A stretch of 64,000 nucleotides of DNA from Catajapyx aquilonaris (Eukaryota), in the NCBI GenBank assembly GCA_000934665.2, contig KZ538177.1, forward strand, positions 1 through 64,000, in the 5' to 3' direction. A program made the translations under genes and the position numbers. Positions 26,069-39,706 of the stretch are shown here, one piece after another; the first letter of the stretch is position 1, and each line of letters opens with the position of its first letter. Under the pieces are notes generated by a model. The model was not told where the DNA came from. It saw nothing but the letters and a program-made list of their open reading frames with translations, and made no database searches.

Positions 26069-29000
26069 AGTACACTGTACGGCATATGACGCAGTATCAC
26101 GTTGTACGTCATTGGAGTATCGTAAATCTCATTTTGGACTTGTTAGATTTTTTTTTTTTTTTGAAAGTGTTAGGGCTTGAAATGTGCTACCTAGTGATAC
26201 AATAATCATACACTTATTGAAGGGATAAGGTACACATTTGACGTTTGCAATAATTAATGAGAAAAGGCACCCTTCTTTCAACATTTTTCACTTATTCTTG
26301 AAAGGGTTATTGCAAAGATTGAAGATAACAGCAATAATGCTTCAGAGTTTCCGTTGGCGGAACTCTTAACGCTGCGGAGGTCCATCAGCCGATTGAAGGA
26401 CGTGTGTAGGTTGCCTTCGTCAGCCAGAAGCAGGAAGAATTGTAACTGGTGACGATGGAGGTCAGATGTGCGGGGTTGGAAGTTGAAAATGTACTGTACT
26501 AAAGGCGGAGAACTTCTGAGCTGGCTGTGAGGTTGCCACACCATTCCATCGCTCGTCTTCACACTGTTAATGAATGTTCATTCTCAATGGGCAGAACTGG
26601 TGCACCAGGTGGACTTTGACGACATCTTTTGCTAATTATTGTGAGGAAGCATTCAGCTGAACAGCAGCAGCACAACAACAGATACAAATAACACCATATA
26701 AGAAATCTGTAAGAAATTTAAACTACGTCGCAAGACAGGTCTTGGCAGCCATCAACAGCAAGAAGAATGTGTGACAAGTGCCAGCATAGAATAGCAACCA
26801 GAAGTCTGGCTGGAACAACTTTCTTTCTTTCTTTCTTAAGCAGTATGATGCAACAAACTTGCATCTGTTGCCTCATTTACAAATGTGCGGTAACATTCTT
26901 CGAAACAATTGTTACGACTTGAAATGTGATAACAATTGATACCATAATAATGCCCATGTGAGGGAAAAGTTACACACACTACGTTTGCAATACATATTAA
27001 TTCGATACCTGTAATTGCACACTCGACTCATCACTGTGTCAGAGTTACGGCGACCCAACCATAAAGGTCCCGCGCAAATGTATCTCATCAGGGAGGGGGT
27101 GGTTAATAAATGTGGTTGTCTGGCATGGTGGTCTGGCGGCATATGGTATATATCAATATCTATTTCAATAATGAAGCACTGTGGCGCTGGGTTTGTCAAA
27201 ATTGTCAAACAGAAAGAAAAAATTGTCAAGAGATGGCGTAGGTCGTCGGCCGTAATAACTCGACTCATCACTAATACATTGTTACCAACAACATACAACA
27301 CATTCCAACGGATCAGACGCACTTCAGAGTCTGCTTCTTCATGACCTACAATTTACAAATATGATAATTATTTCAACCGGTAGGTATATTTGCACCATAA
27401 ACAATCCCATTGCTAGTATACCACAAGATATCCATACACTGGATGTAAATGTAGCATGCGATAGAGTATAATAGTGAGCGCCCTAGGTCAGCCAAGAATG
27501 GAAGACGATGCCACCGGAAGCCCATCATATGATTCTCTGGCGATGGTTCAACATCAGTACAGCATATTATCCTTATGCACCGGCCCTATTTGTGTTAGAT
27601 CAAACCTCTAGCCGAGATGCCTTTCCAGCATTGCATCTTCCATGTCTTCTTTCTTCACTCTCATCTGGTCAGGTACGTTCGTCTCACCAGTGACAAGGCC
27701 TCTTGCCATCTCTTTTGATGAAAAAGACAACATTGAGGCTCCTAATAAACGCGTTCTCGCACACCCAAACGGCAAACGCAAAGCCTCAAGTCACCAGCGA
27801 AACTGCAAGGATATGTCTAACTACTCTAACCCATCTAACTGAGACAATATGCCATGATATGACTGCTTTCGGTCATGCGCAGCATTCTACTGAATTCGAG
27901 ATAAAACGATGTCTATCCAGGAACTGATACAACAAGAGGCAAGACGACAGAGACTTCTGTCACGTTTTCCCGAGAATAGAGGCTCATCTGAAGCATGTAA
28001 CATTGTAATTACTGTACCTTTCTATTTTGAATTAAGTATTACCACAAATGCTTCCAATGGTTTGGTTTATTCGGAAGAAGCCATAACACACATCTATATG
28101 GCTTCCAATATGTACTACTACATTCGACGTTAGACCAAGGATACTGAAACACTATACTTTTTGGGAAACAGTGCACATAATAATATTACTAGTTTAAATG
28201 TGATCAGAAGGTTCTCGGCTGGATTTGTAACGCACCTATGGCCATTTGGCTATTTGAAAATACAGAGATGTGCATTCGAGCCAAAAAAAAAAAAAAAAAG
28301 CCATGCTCCATACACTTACTGCTTCAAATAGCTGTCACACTAACATTTATTTACTTACAAAGTTAGTGGCAATCTTGACTTGCCTAACATCCGTTAACAT
28401 CACATTATGAAATGGAACGAAGATTCAGTAATGCACCTGGAAGAGTAATGTCTGGTCCACTCATCATTCGGACTGCCACACAAACTTATTGTGTACCTTC
28501 TGTGTACTTTTACATGGCGGTATGGCCGTATATCATGTCTCTGTCGGCGACGAAGTTTTTACCCAAATTGGCAAGATGAGTTAAAAGAACAATGGGGGGT
28601 GGTACTTAATACAATTATCTTCATAATGTCACAGATGGTGCTGGGTATCATAATATAAATTCAAATAACACTAACTATAATAATAAGAGGGCGCTGGGTG
28701 TAATAAAGATGCTGTCGGATAGATCTCAACTATAGAATATAAATAACAGCCTTTAATAATATATGGCGCTGGAGTGTCCAGTAGGAAGAACGGTGGTTCT
28801 CCGTAACTATACTATACTATCAAACAATATAATAGATGGCGTTGTCCAGAGTGATGGTCGTAGATGGACATCTTGTTCTCTTTCAATTGTTAACTACGAT
28901 CATATATATTTTGCTCCTTTAATAGAAGGGGGAGCAGGTAAATAAGCAGTGACATATTACATTACCTCAACTACACGTATGGATGTGCAATAATTTTCAT

Positions 29001-30343
29001 GTTGTGGTATATGAGGGGAAAAGTAGAGGGGGTAGGTGGGAGCGCATGGCTCCCAAAAAAAAAGGACATCCGCATCTTGTACAGTGTATGAAGAAGAAAA
29101 AACTCGCCAGAAGAGTTCTGTTGCGACTAGAAGAACAGATAGTACAAGCTACGCTTGGCATGGAACATTGCGACTCCCTGAGATTCCTCGCCGTTGCTAC
29201 ACCCTCGTTAATTCCTTGGGTCACCCAATGTATACAGTATACCGATTAATCTGCCATCATAATTTCATATGGACACAACTGGACTTGCTTAATTTAGTAC
29301 ATGGTGTATTCTCCGTTGTTAAACTCAAGGAATTACCGAGTTCATTAAATAGAAGATTATTAATTAACACAATCAACAAATGTGCAGACAACTGCTACAG
29401 TAAGATATTCTTCGGGTGTGTATGTAATATTATAAAAATATTTATTCCTCTAAGCTTGACGAGTTTTTCCTTTCCACGTCAATGGTTCGGCGCGACTCGC
29501 AGATCGAACAAACTAAATTCGTGGTTTGTTGAGGGAGGATGAATACGGGGAAGTTTTTCATCTTGGAAACTAATTGGGTAATCGTAATCCACCGGTTATA
29601 TATCCGAACCAAGAGCCATGCTTCATATAGTATCTGCTGTGGAAATAGATTCCACACGAACAGTTATTTAGTTAGTGACATTCTTGATGAGGAACATCGA
29701 CAACAGCCCCTATCGCTGAACTGCGACAACGACTTCCCTATGATGCTTTTCGTCCCAAGTAAGTGATGTAGGAAGACGTCAAGGTTTTCCATCACACCAA
29801 TGAGGTCGAACTAGTTCCTGCGACTTTAATACAAAATATTAAATGATGTCACAGTGCAGTTACAACATATGTAGTAATTCGCAGGTAGTTCAGTAACGAT
29901 CCAGAACCAGGATACACGGGCAATAATGTAATATCTTTCTATCATGACAAACAAGAACATGTAACTTAATTACGAGTCAGACGCACTTCCGATCCATTCA
30001 AGATTGCCGCTTCATGAACCTACACATTACTCACTACACATTATTTCACACAAGAACAGTTGCATCATAAATAATCCCACAGCTAATATACCACCAGATA
30101 TGCACATACAGTACGAAAATGTATAACAGAAATAGACGTAATAATTTAATAACATAATGTTTCGGGCCAGGACTCGGAAGACAGCCACTCAACCAGCTCT
30201 GGGAACAAGGAGTACACGACAGCAGTTTCCTCCCTTCTCATACGTAACTTTATTGTCCGGAAATTGGCGTTTTCCCTGTTGTACGCAGAAAGAGGTGAAA
30301 ATGAAACCTCCTCCCCCCCCCCCCCCCAAAACACACCACAAAA

Positions 30344-30411
30344 NNNNNNNNNNNNNNNNNNNNNNNNNNNNNNNNNNNNNNNNNNNNNNNNNNNNNNNNN
30401 NNNNNNNNNNN
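30344..30411. other. Assembly gap (68 N)
   Basis: Run of N preceded by poly-C. Confidence 0.99.
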
Positions 30412-31559
30412 CATCATCCACAATTATTCAAAGGCTAATCAAGAACAAGAATTTACATTTACTGTCCTCACAAAAGGAACTCCAATCAAACGATTAATAG
30501 AATTTACGTTAGAGAAATTACATTTATATTTTAAAATGAAGCTGAGCCAAATAAGATCTGAAAAGCTGATAGTTCACAACAGTTTAATTTTAATGTACAT
30601 TTAATGCAAGTTTTCGGTAAATTTATGCAAATTTTAAGATTTTCTAAAAGCAAAAAACAAGTATGGAAGGGAAAATGGGGGGAGGGGGAAGCAATGCCCT
30701 GAATGCTCAAGGACCCAACTCTACAGCAGCACTCCCATACGCATCCCCCAGGCCCTAGCCCAGTGTCCCGCCCCGAAGCTAGGCATTTATGTCCGACAGC
30801 ACTGCGTCCGCCCGTAGACAAAAGGTGTTGAACACCTCCCAGACGTGATTACATGTGTAGTAGGAGGCTCCCGTCATGGCAGTGGCAGCTACAATGGGAG
30901 GACCACCCCACCTTATGAAGGGAGGCCGTCAACTGTAATGTAGAGCAGGGTTGGTGTCTGAAACAAAAATATTATTATAATACTACGATAATACTACTCG
31001 TATATAATAATTGCTTGAAATCTTGGCATATGGCAGGGCAGCTCTATGACTATATAATACACACTATCAAGATACTATATATGCTATACAGGTGCATGGG
31101 AAGTTATAATTATCAATAATAGGCGGCGGATAAGTCTTCCGAAGTTTAACCGAAGTTAAGAATATGAATAATACTTATACGTGGTTGTCGTTCTGAGAAA
31201 TAGCATGAAGTAGACTCGGTCCTAAGGTGGCGCGCCCTGTAAAACTGTGTCCTTCTGAGGAAGTTTATCAAGTATATATAATAATATGAATAATAGATGG
31301 CACGCAAGTTGCAGGTTGATGGTTAAAACTGTGTCCTTCTTAGGAAGTTTATGCAATCGCGTGTGCTGTGACGTATGTTTCACGCCCAGTGAAGAAGCCA
31401 CTCCTGGGTGACTGGTGTCAGTGGGTCATCAAAGACGATAAGCTTCAAACCCAACCACTTGCCTGCAGTCCTGAACCTCGGAGCACCATAGAAAATGCAT
31501 ATGATTTTGCACCAAAATATGTGCACTGAAAGGGGAACTGATACGAACTTATACGATGA

Positions 31560-31900
31560 CCAGTAGGTGGAGAGCTTCAGGAGGTCAGGAAGAAACACAA
31601 ATTGAGGGCCATCACATTTCCCGGCATGATGCACAGGTTTGGTAGAATTCCACACTGGCTGAAACACTGGCAAAACTCCATATGATTCCGGACTGGGCGA
31701 CACCCATTGGCAATGCATCTCTTGGTATATTACAAAGAAAATGAAACGACAAAGAGCGAGTGTACAACCAAATCTTTAGCGCTTCTGTCGATTTAGGAGA
31801 CTGAACCATCTTCTGATGTTCAGGATGGACCGGATTCCAGTGATGATTATGGCTGACTGCATCCTACGCAACTTCTGTGTAATGGAGAAGTATGACCCTC
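31560..31900 (+). pseudogene. PIF/Harbinger transposase relic (copy 1)
   Basis: FCRFRRLNHLLMFRMDRIPVMIMADCILRNFCV matches the HARBI1-type C-terminus (RFRRL..IP.II.AC.LHN.C). Homologous to 37640-37910. Confidence 0.75.
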
Positions 31901-32015
31901 CGATAGCTGAGCCATTTCTCTGTCAAACACAATCCCAATCATTCCACTAAACATATTGATCAAATTATTTAGAATATAACACATTGTATTTATCTCATAC
32001 TATAATACAGCTGCA

Positions 32016-32935
32016 TTACATAGATGCAATATTTTTTTGTAATGCATTCCGAAGAATTTGAAAGACTGCAGCGCCATCATTGGAACACGAAGCGTCTGGA
32101 AGTTACAAAGGGCCGCGATGTTTTCGAACTTGGGAGATCTCACTTGTATTCATAATTATATAAGGACAAATTGTAAGTTCCATGCTGGACGTGAGACATA
32201 ATATGAAACGACAAATATGCTGTAGGACTGACCAGCTTGCAATTTCCTATTAATAGAACAATCGTAGAGTATAGTAGTTGTATTGCAGCAGTTGAGAATG
32301 ATTAACCAGATGGGGCATGCTGTCCAGGATATTCCTCACTTCCTGTGCGTCCTCTCCCCAATAGGTGACCTTGACTAGATTGGGACACCCGTCCAGCGTC
32401 TGGTTGGCCGACATGCCCTATCTGACAAGTTCCTGCAATTTCGGACAATGTCGGGACAGGAGCGAAAGCAGTTGGTGCTGGTCCGTGACAGTGGCGTACA
32501 GCATGACTAAAGTTCGAAGCCTGCCTAGATATAGGGTAAGCTGTCCATAAACTTGTTCAGGAAAGTCAGGTCCAGATGGATATAGTTCAGGTTCATATGG
32601 ATCACGTTCATGTCCCGCATGATTGGGAGGTGTCCTATGGCTTCGGACACAAGGGAGGTGGGCATCTCTTGAGGGATCTTGAGACACGTGCAGGCTCGGT
32701 GGTAGGCCCCGCACTTCTTCAGGGTTCTGGTGCTGAAGGTGTCGAAGGCGTGGTCCATCATGGCTTCGGTGTATGCGTCGGCCATGTTACGAGGTGTGGC
32801 CTGCACGTAGTCGTGAATGGCCCTCACGCCTCTATACACTACCTTGCAGAGGTTCCAGGTGTGGCCGATGAGGACCGTGAAAGACTTTTGAGAGACAAGA
32901 AGAGGACAGTGACACAGGGAGTGATCGGCAGTCAA
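32016..32935 (-). pseudogene. Leucine-rich-repeat (F-box/LRR, AMN1-like) pseudogene
   Basis: Broken frames give RLRTLVMLYATVTDQHQLLSLLSRHCPKLQEL and TLDGCPNLVKV (cysteine-containing LRR signatures), ending ..DGAAVFQILRNALQKNIASM*. Contains stops and frameshifts. Confidence 0.55.
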
Positions 32936-35472
32936 AAATGTTCATTGAACAAAGTAGAACTATCTCTTAGACCAAAAAAGAAGCGAAGGTGGGAAGGCAG
33001 TGGCCTCTTTCACTTTCTTGATGTCGATAAGGTCTTGAGAAGCTACATTCAGAAGTTACATTAACTCCTAAAACAATTTCCTTACATGATGTGTAGCCCC
33101 GGTAATATGGACCTAAGCTTGGACCTGAATCTACCAACACTCAGGCCACTTCCAGAAAAATCATCAGCCATGGCGGGGCTGCCCATTTGAACAACAAATT
33201 GTTGCTAATTTCATTCTGCAGTGAACTGCGGTCAGAGTGCTACTCACAGTCAGTAACAAAGTCCCTGTCATTACAAGGCCATAAATCTAGGAACAAGGTC
33301 ATTCAGTTTGAACCGTTTTCTGACACACTACAAAGGCGTGTAATTTACTTACATTGGTCTAAAAAGAGTTTTCTTCTAGGAAGGTCACATTTAGTTTGAA
33401 TCTTGATAACCGGTTGACCATCACACATTTCCATACCCACCTGACCAGAGTGGAGCACTATATATGAAGGAAAATGCTATCAATAAGTCGTCAGAATATG
33501 AACTTGGGGCTAGGGAGAGCGAATCCAGTTACGTCATGTATTAATAATAATAATTTGTTGCACGCATGGGATACACATCAGGGGCTTTTAGTTCCCTGAC
33601 CACCAATATTGGTTGCAGGACCAATGCATATGCCCTTATTTTCATATATTTTTTTAAATATCTCGCAGGTCATAAAATTGGCAATCATACCATTACATCC
33701 TAATTACATCATTATAGAAGGGGGGGGGGGTGTACCTTTAGTAATATTCAGTTAGAATTAAGTTCATGGAATGACTGGGTATGACGCCCTTAACCGGGTC
33801 ATGCCATGGCTAATAATAATAATACACAATGGCGGAGGTGGGATATCAAACAAACATGGCGCAGTGGTCCATTCAGTTTGTGCAGGTGTGTCAGAAGATG
33901 CTGATGCTGGTTGCTCCGTAGGCAGCACATCCCGCGCCGGGGCAGTAGCTCATCACCATGAATCATAATGGCGCGGCCAGACACAGGTATCTGCGGACCA
34001 TCTGAATGTCCCGACCTGGTTGCAATATTGCCCCCTCTCTCAGAAATTTTTTAAAGCATCTTATATCCGATGTATGACAGCAGTACCACAGTACATGACG
34101 TGCACAACATGCATTGTTTGATCCCTCACCCAAAGCTGAGGGTTACTACAAGTTGAAAAAGATGGCTTATACTCGTACCTACTAAGCTGTGGTCTGGAGA
34201 GTTGCTCTCCGACGGAGTCACTTTGCTGACTGATTCAAGACAGTTAGAGAGAGAAAACCAGTAGACATGATCCAGGCCAAGACACCAACAGCCAGTCCTT
34301 CTTCTCTCTGAACAAGGAGTGGTCAACGGGTGAATCCCCCGAAGACATTGGATATGTAGTGCATTTTCATGTATAATTTGATCTCCCGTCAAAAAAATAA
34401 GTTGGAGGTGCGATGTATAAATATGATACAAATTGGGAGCGAGACACCAGAAAATTGTACGTGTATAAGGTAGTCATGCCGAAGACTCGAAGAAGATACA
34501 ATAATGTGACCACAATATATTATTAACAACCTATCACCAAAGAGAGGTATTATTTAACGAAGTAACAGATTAGGAGGAAACTAAAGTAGCCACTCTTTAG
34601 GCGACTTTCCATCGCAATTCGTTTCGAAGTCACATACCTGAGTTGTTTCCTGGCTGGTTCCATTTCAATCCAGACGGTGGGTGCCCAGTCATGGTCTTCG
34701 ATTTTTTTTAAAAAAATATATGTGAAACCCACATCCAATTGAACCCTTATGGAGCAATCAGTTTTACGAGATTAAATTTAGTTATCGATATATTAATATT
34801 TCTTTCAAGGGGTACCAAAATAACCTTCACGGGAAGTGCACTTTTTCCTTTGCTTTCAATGAGTATATCTCGGGAACTGTTCGGAAAACCAACATGAAAT
34901 TTTAAACTCATGCTTTTGGAAGAACACGCTGTCATGTAATGCATAAATTTACCTTATTTAATGGTACGGTCACCTGCAAAAAAATCTCCAACATTGCATA
35001 TTTTGGTCAAAATTCGCANAAACTCTGATACAAACGAAGCTGATAAAGCACGAAGATAAGAACGCCTAGCGCACACTATGGCTTTCAAAATGGACCTCTT
35101 ACATTTAGCACTTCATAAAATAGTGCTTTACACAATATATGTGTCACAATGCACAATTCTTCGACTGTAATAATTGCACAAAACTTACACAGGGCACCTT
35201 TCAAGGGTAATGCGAGACATGAGCAAGAACAACCCTTTGTGTGTAACATGTGAACAAACATAACCAGTTAAAAGGCAAGTTTGCTAACAGTGCAATAATC
35301 GTAATAATATATCGTAATGTTAATAACGTGACACAATAACTTGAGAAAAATAATACTCTCGTCAATAACGACAGGCATTTTGCCATCTGAATATTGCTAT
35401 CCTTGGATGTCTAAGCAGTCCCAACGATTAGACGCATCCGGTTCAGAGTAGCGATGCAATGTAACCTAGTGG

Positions 35473-35534
35473 TTGATTGATTGATTGATTGAAGGTTTAA
35501 TGGCGCAACAGCAGCAATGGCTATACTGCGCCAA
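35473..35534 (-). mobile_element. Short I/Nimb-type retroposon 3' tail with (TCAA)n
   Basis: Minus strand TTGGCGCAGTATAGCCATTGCTGCTGTTGCGCCATTAAACCTT(CAAT)n: a GGCGC/GCGCC stem-loop followed by TAAAC and a microsatellite tail. Confidence 0.65.
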
Positions 35535-37159
35535 GCACCTGTGACGTTGTAGGGCAGGGCAGGCAATACCACCCCGACCCCAACGTTAACTGAACCAAAG
35601 GTTTTATTTTATTTTTTGTTTATATATTTTTTATACTTTTTTTAAAAAAAGTGGACATCTTCATTGTTCACAAGTGACTTGGGCTCTTCGAATGTCTCCT
35701 CACCGCCCCACACACCATGAGGGCCATGAGACTCAGAAGGAGCGGCGAACACATCAGATGCAGAGTCATCAAACCGCAGCAAATGGCGCCAGCAGCACGG
35801 TCACGTTTATCTTCAAAATTCTTATGGCAGTCAAAGGTAATATGAATAAAACTTTCAAGGAGAGTAACAGCTGTTGATCCATTTAGTGGATGCTTCTTAC
35901 CCATCTATATCCCCGATATCCTCAATATCCTCAATATCACCTCAAGACTGTATTTAGCAATTCACCGAGTGGGACTGACACTCTTACCATAATAAGTAGA
36001 GAACCTATGTTTCAAGCTCTCAAATTATTCTTATCACCATCAGTGACTGGCTGTCGTATTCTGTGCAACGCCGCCTGTTGTGGTGGGTCTTCCAACTTGT
36101 CGTGGCCGCACTCATCCAGTGGCCATCATCAACAAAGGACCATACTTCCAAATTAACATCGACATTACCACATGAATTAAATTGCACTAATTTACTACTG
36201 GGGTAAAAAAAATAAGTGACAGGGCAACAGATGTAACTTCAAATGCCGACTTTGTTCAGCCAGTGAGACGAGTGAGGATTACTTCATAAGTGAACATGAT
36301 TGTGGTTACTGAGCACATGCTTTCAGCTTGGTTCGATACGAATGTAACTAAGTCATATTCATTTTTTTTTAAAGACTCTATATATCATATTATAACATTG
36401 ATATTAATAACAAGGCAGAGGAGTGAAGTGTAGAGAGGCAATAAAAGGAGTGTAGGAGATTATTACCACGGTACGTGTTATTTGAACCCAATGAGAAGAT
36501 GGACCGGGCCTTGCCTTGAAGGTGAGTACCTAGGGGCATGACACTGGAGGAAGTAAACACCCAGGAATCACGAAGAAAGACACCATACTGCAATATGACA
36601 AACTTGTCATGCGCAGATTGCGCCAATAGCCACAAGTCAGTCGGGAACAGAATCTGATACAGTAGCGACCACCAAACACGCCGCCAGTCATGAGTAACTG
36701 TTTCTCATATGACCATGCTTCAGAATATTGTTGACTCTCTTTAGTGACTCTGTTCAATCCTCATGTACTCTATACGCATTCGTCATCAGATAAGCCAGTT
36801 TTTATTTAACCCAGATGAAGACCCATTCAAGATGAAGACCGTTATTCAATAAACCGACCATTATTATGAATTAATTATTAATTCTGATTATTTTCGGCTC
36901 TTGCGATTGCGACAAATGCTCACATCAGCTGGGTCCGAGATGCATTGATCTCATGACCAGATGAACACGTACTTAATGGCTCCTTACAGAGGCACCGAAT
37001 AATCAATCGGTATGTATACACGAGAATTTTGGTGCCTCCAGTAGGGCTTATTCAGACAATATACGGACGTCACATTTTACATTGTGGGCTTTAGAAAAAT
37101 TCCACAATTAGACAATGGAACTCTCACGTTCGCAGCCAGATAGTACGAAATTGGAAGAA

Positions 37160-37910
37160 TTGGAAATTGACCAAGTTGGTCCGCAAAAGGCATTTCCAGG
37201 ACAAAGCCCAGATCATCGCTGCGGAGAAAATATTCCAGAAGTTTCTTCAATGTTTCGCCCCTGAAGTATTCTCAAACACCGACCAGTGCTTTCAACTACC
37301 AGCTGAACTCATCGTGAACGCTATCGTTCAAAGGAGAAAAACATACCTTTGGATATGCACAGTCAACCAAGAACCTGGTAACCCACAGTTACACTGTGGA
37401 ATATACGATTGTCGGGTGATGTTGTATGAAACGTGTTCATCTGCTTGATGGAGAGGACGGGGAACTTCAGTCAGGTATCCTCGTACAACAAGTGGAACCA
37501 ATATTGCTCGACAACCCCCTGAATGAAGATCCCCCATCAACATCTGGACAGCGACTTACGAAACGACGCACGTCCGATTACCGACCTCCTCCGTGGCTTG
37601 GCATTTCCTTGCAGATTATCGTGCACAAGGATGAAGCAATTATGCAAAACACTCACATGATTCCGAACTGGACGAGACAGTACCCACTGGGAATTCATCT
37701 CATGGTGCTCTACAAAGACAATGGCCATCTTACACGTGAAGAGCGACGGAATATGACACGATACTTTCACTTCTCACCGTGCCACAATATATGCAGACAT
37801 TACAGCAGCTTTTCTGTCGATTTAGAAGATTGAAGCATCTTCTGATGTTCAGGATGGACCGGATTCCAGTGGCGATTGTGAATGGCTGCAACATCTGTGT
37901 AATGGGAAAT
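37160..37910 (+). pseudogene. PIF/Harbinger transposase relic (copy 2)
   Basis: YPLGIHLMVLYKDNGHLTREERR and FCRFRRLKHLLMFRMDRIPVAIVNGCNICV correspond to the HARBI1 DDE motifs YPL..LM.PY...LT..E..YN and RFRRL..HN.C. Many lesions; the upstream boundary is approximate. Confidence 0.8.
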
Positions 37911-39180
37911 AATGACCTCCACCAGCTGACCCAGGAGACCGCGATGAAGACAATGAGAAAATCACATTTCTCTGTCACACATAATCCAAACATTCCACTA
38001 AACATATTAATCAAATTATACATAAAATACAGTATAATTATAACACATCGTATTTATCTCATACTATAAACAGCAGTGTTAAGTAGATTATGTATTTTTT
38101 GTAATGAATTCCGAAGAATTCGAAAGACTGCAGCGCCATCAATGAACATGAAGGGCAATTCCACGGTATCCGAGACATGATAGAAAATGAAGTCGCGTAT
38201 TGTGGAGTAGTGATGGCTTATTGAAAGCTGATCATTATGTCATTATGTCAGATAAAGTAGGTGTAGTAACGTTCTCTGCTACCAGATAACAGCAGAGCCA
38301 TGGAATAGTCAAGATGTAACTGGCGCAACTTCACAAGGTTTGTTGCGTCAGTTACGTTAATCCTTACTTTCTCCTGAAAACATGAACATGAACAGGCGTG
38401 ATCTAAAATAATCACAAAATTTCTCCTGAGGAGTACCAAATCTAGAAATACATACACAGCCCTGCGACGATTCGATATTCCTGATGACCTAGACATCTAA
38501 TAATCCGCCTGGTTTAGTATCACTCTTGCATAAAAGACATTGCATGAGTTTTCAAACGTAACGGTATTCGTAAAAATGCGGTAGGCGCCTTTTTGAGGAA
38601 ATTTTATTCTTTTGTGGCGAAACGCACCGTTAATCGGAAAAATCACGACGAAGGTGCCCTGCGCAAAGGTTTGGCCTTTACTATGATACCATACTCGACA
38701 TGATTGCATTAAACTTGTGGACATACGGGCGCAGAAGCGTTCCCGACTTTGTCGCGTTTCCTGCCGCCATGTTATTCAAATGGGCTTCTCGGGAACGCCA
38801 TTTTCCTTTCACTTCAACTCGATGAAAAAGTCTCTTCTAGGCCGAAAATGGTAAAATGACGACGAAGGTGCCCTGCGTCAGATCATGTCCTATTTTTTGG
38901 TGTAATTTTTTGTGTCCATTGCTCCATTTTTGCGGCCGTACGCCCGCAGAAGCGTAGACATGTCGAATCCCCATATGCTGTCCATGCATACGCGAGTTTG
39001 TTTACGTGGTCGCCAAGGGCTCGCATTGTTACAGATTGTTACCGTATTTTTTTGCTAATGCGCCCCCTTAAATACAGGGCTAGGACCCAATTGTCAGACA
39101 AGGAGCCACATTTATTGCGAATAAAATTAAACATGCCTATAGCAAAGGGTGGCTAAAAAGACACGCTGCAAAAGATCAAT

Positions 39181-39706
39181 ATGCCACAAAAAGCCGCAAC
39201 CAACAGTAAAAGGAAGGCTCGTTATAACGCTCGGCACAGTGAGGATATCCGCAAGAGGCGGCAGGTGAAGACAGATGCCATCCATAGTGAGGACATCAGA
39301 AAGAAGCAGGCAAGGTATGACGACAGCCACCGTGAGGAAACCCGTCAAAGGCGGGCAAAGCGGTATCAGTGGAACCGCTCCAAGGTGTTGCAGCGGAAGG
39401 CGGTACATGTGTAAGCATCTGCCCCAGTATATGAGGGGACATCAGATCGTGGTGAAGCACAAAAAGAGTGGTATGATTGCCAGGCTGCAGAAGGCTCTTC
39501 TCAAAAGGCATCCGAAGAGAGCGACAGCGCAGATGAAGGCCATGTCATACAGAAGATCGGAACATCGAAGGCCCTCCACAAGAGGCTCATCTACTCACTG
39601 CGCAAGAGGCCCTGCAGGTAAACCTGCCAAGTCGCAACCAGGGAGCTGTAACGGCTGCAAGAGATGCACTCCCTCTTCCTGGGAGATCAGGGGGCCGACA
39701 GAATAA
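39181..39706 (+). pseudogene. Arg/Lys-rich repeat ORF relic, possibly the N-terminus of a Helitron-like protein
   Basis: The charged unit (K/Q)ARY(N/D)..H(S/R)E(D/E) repeats three times, followed by a frameshifted continuation. Not diagnostic. Confidence 0.3.
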
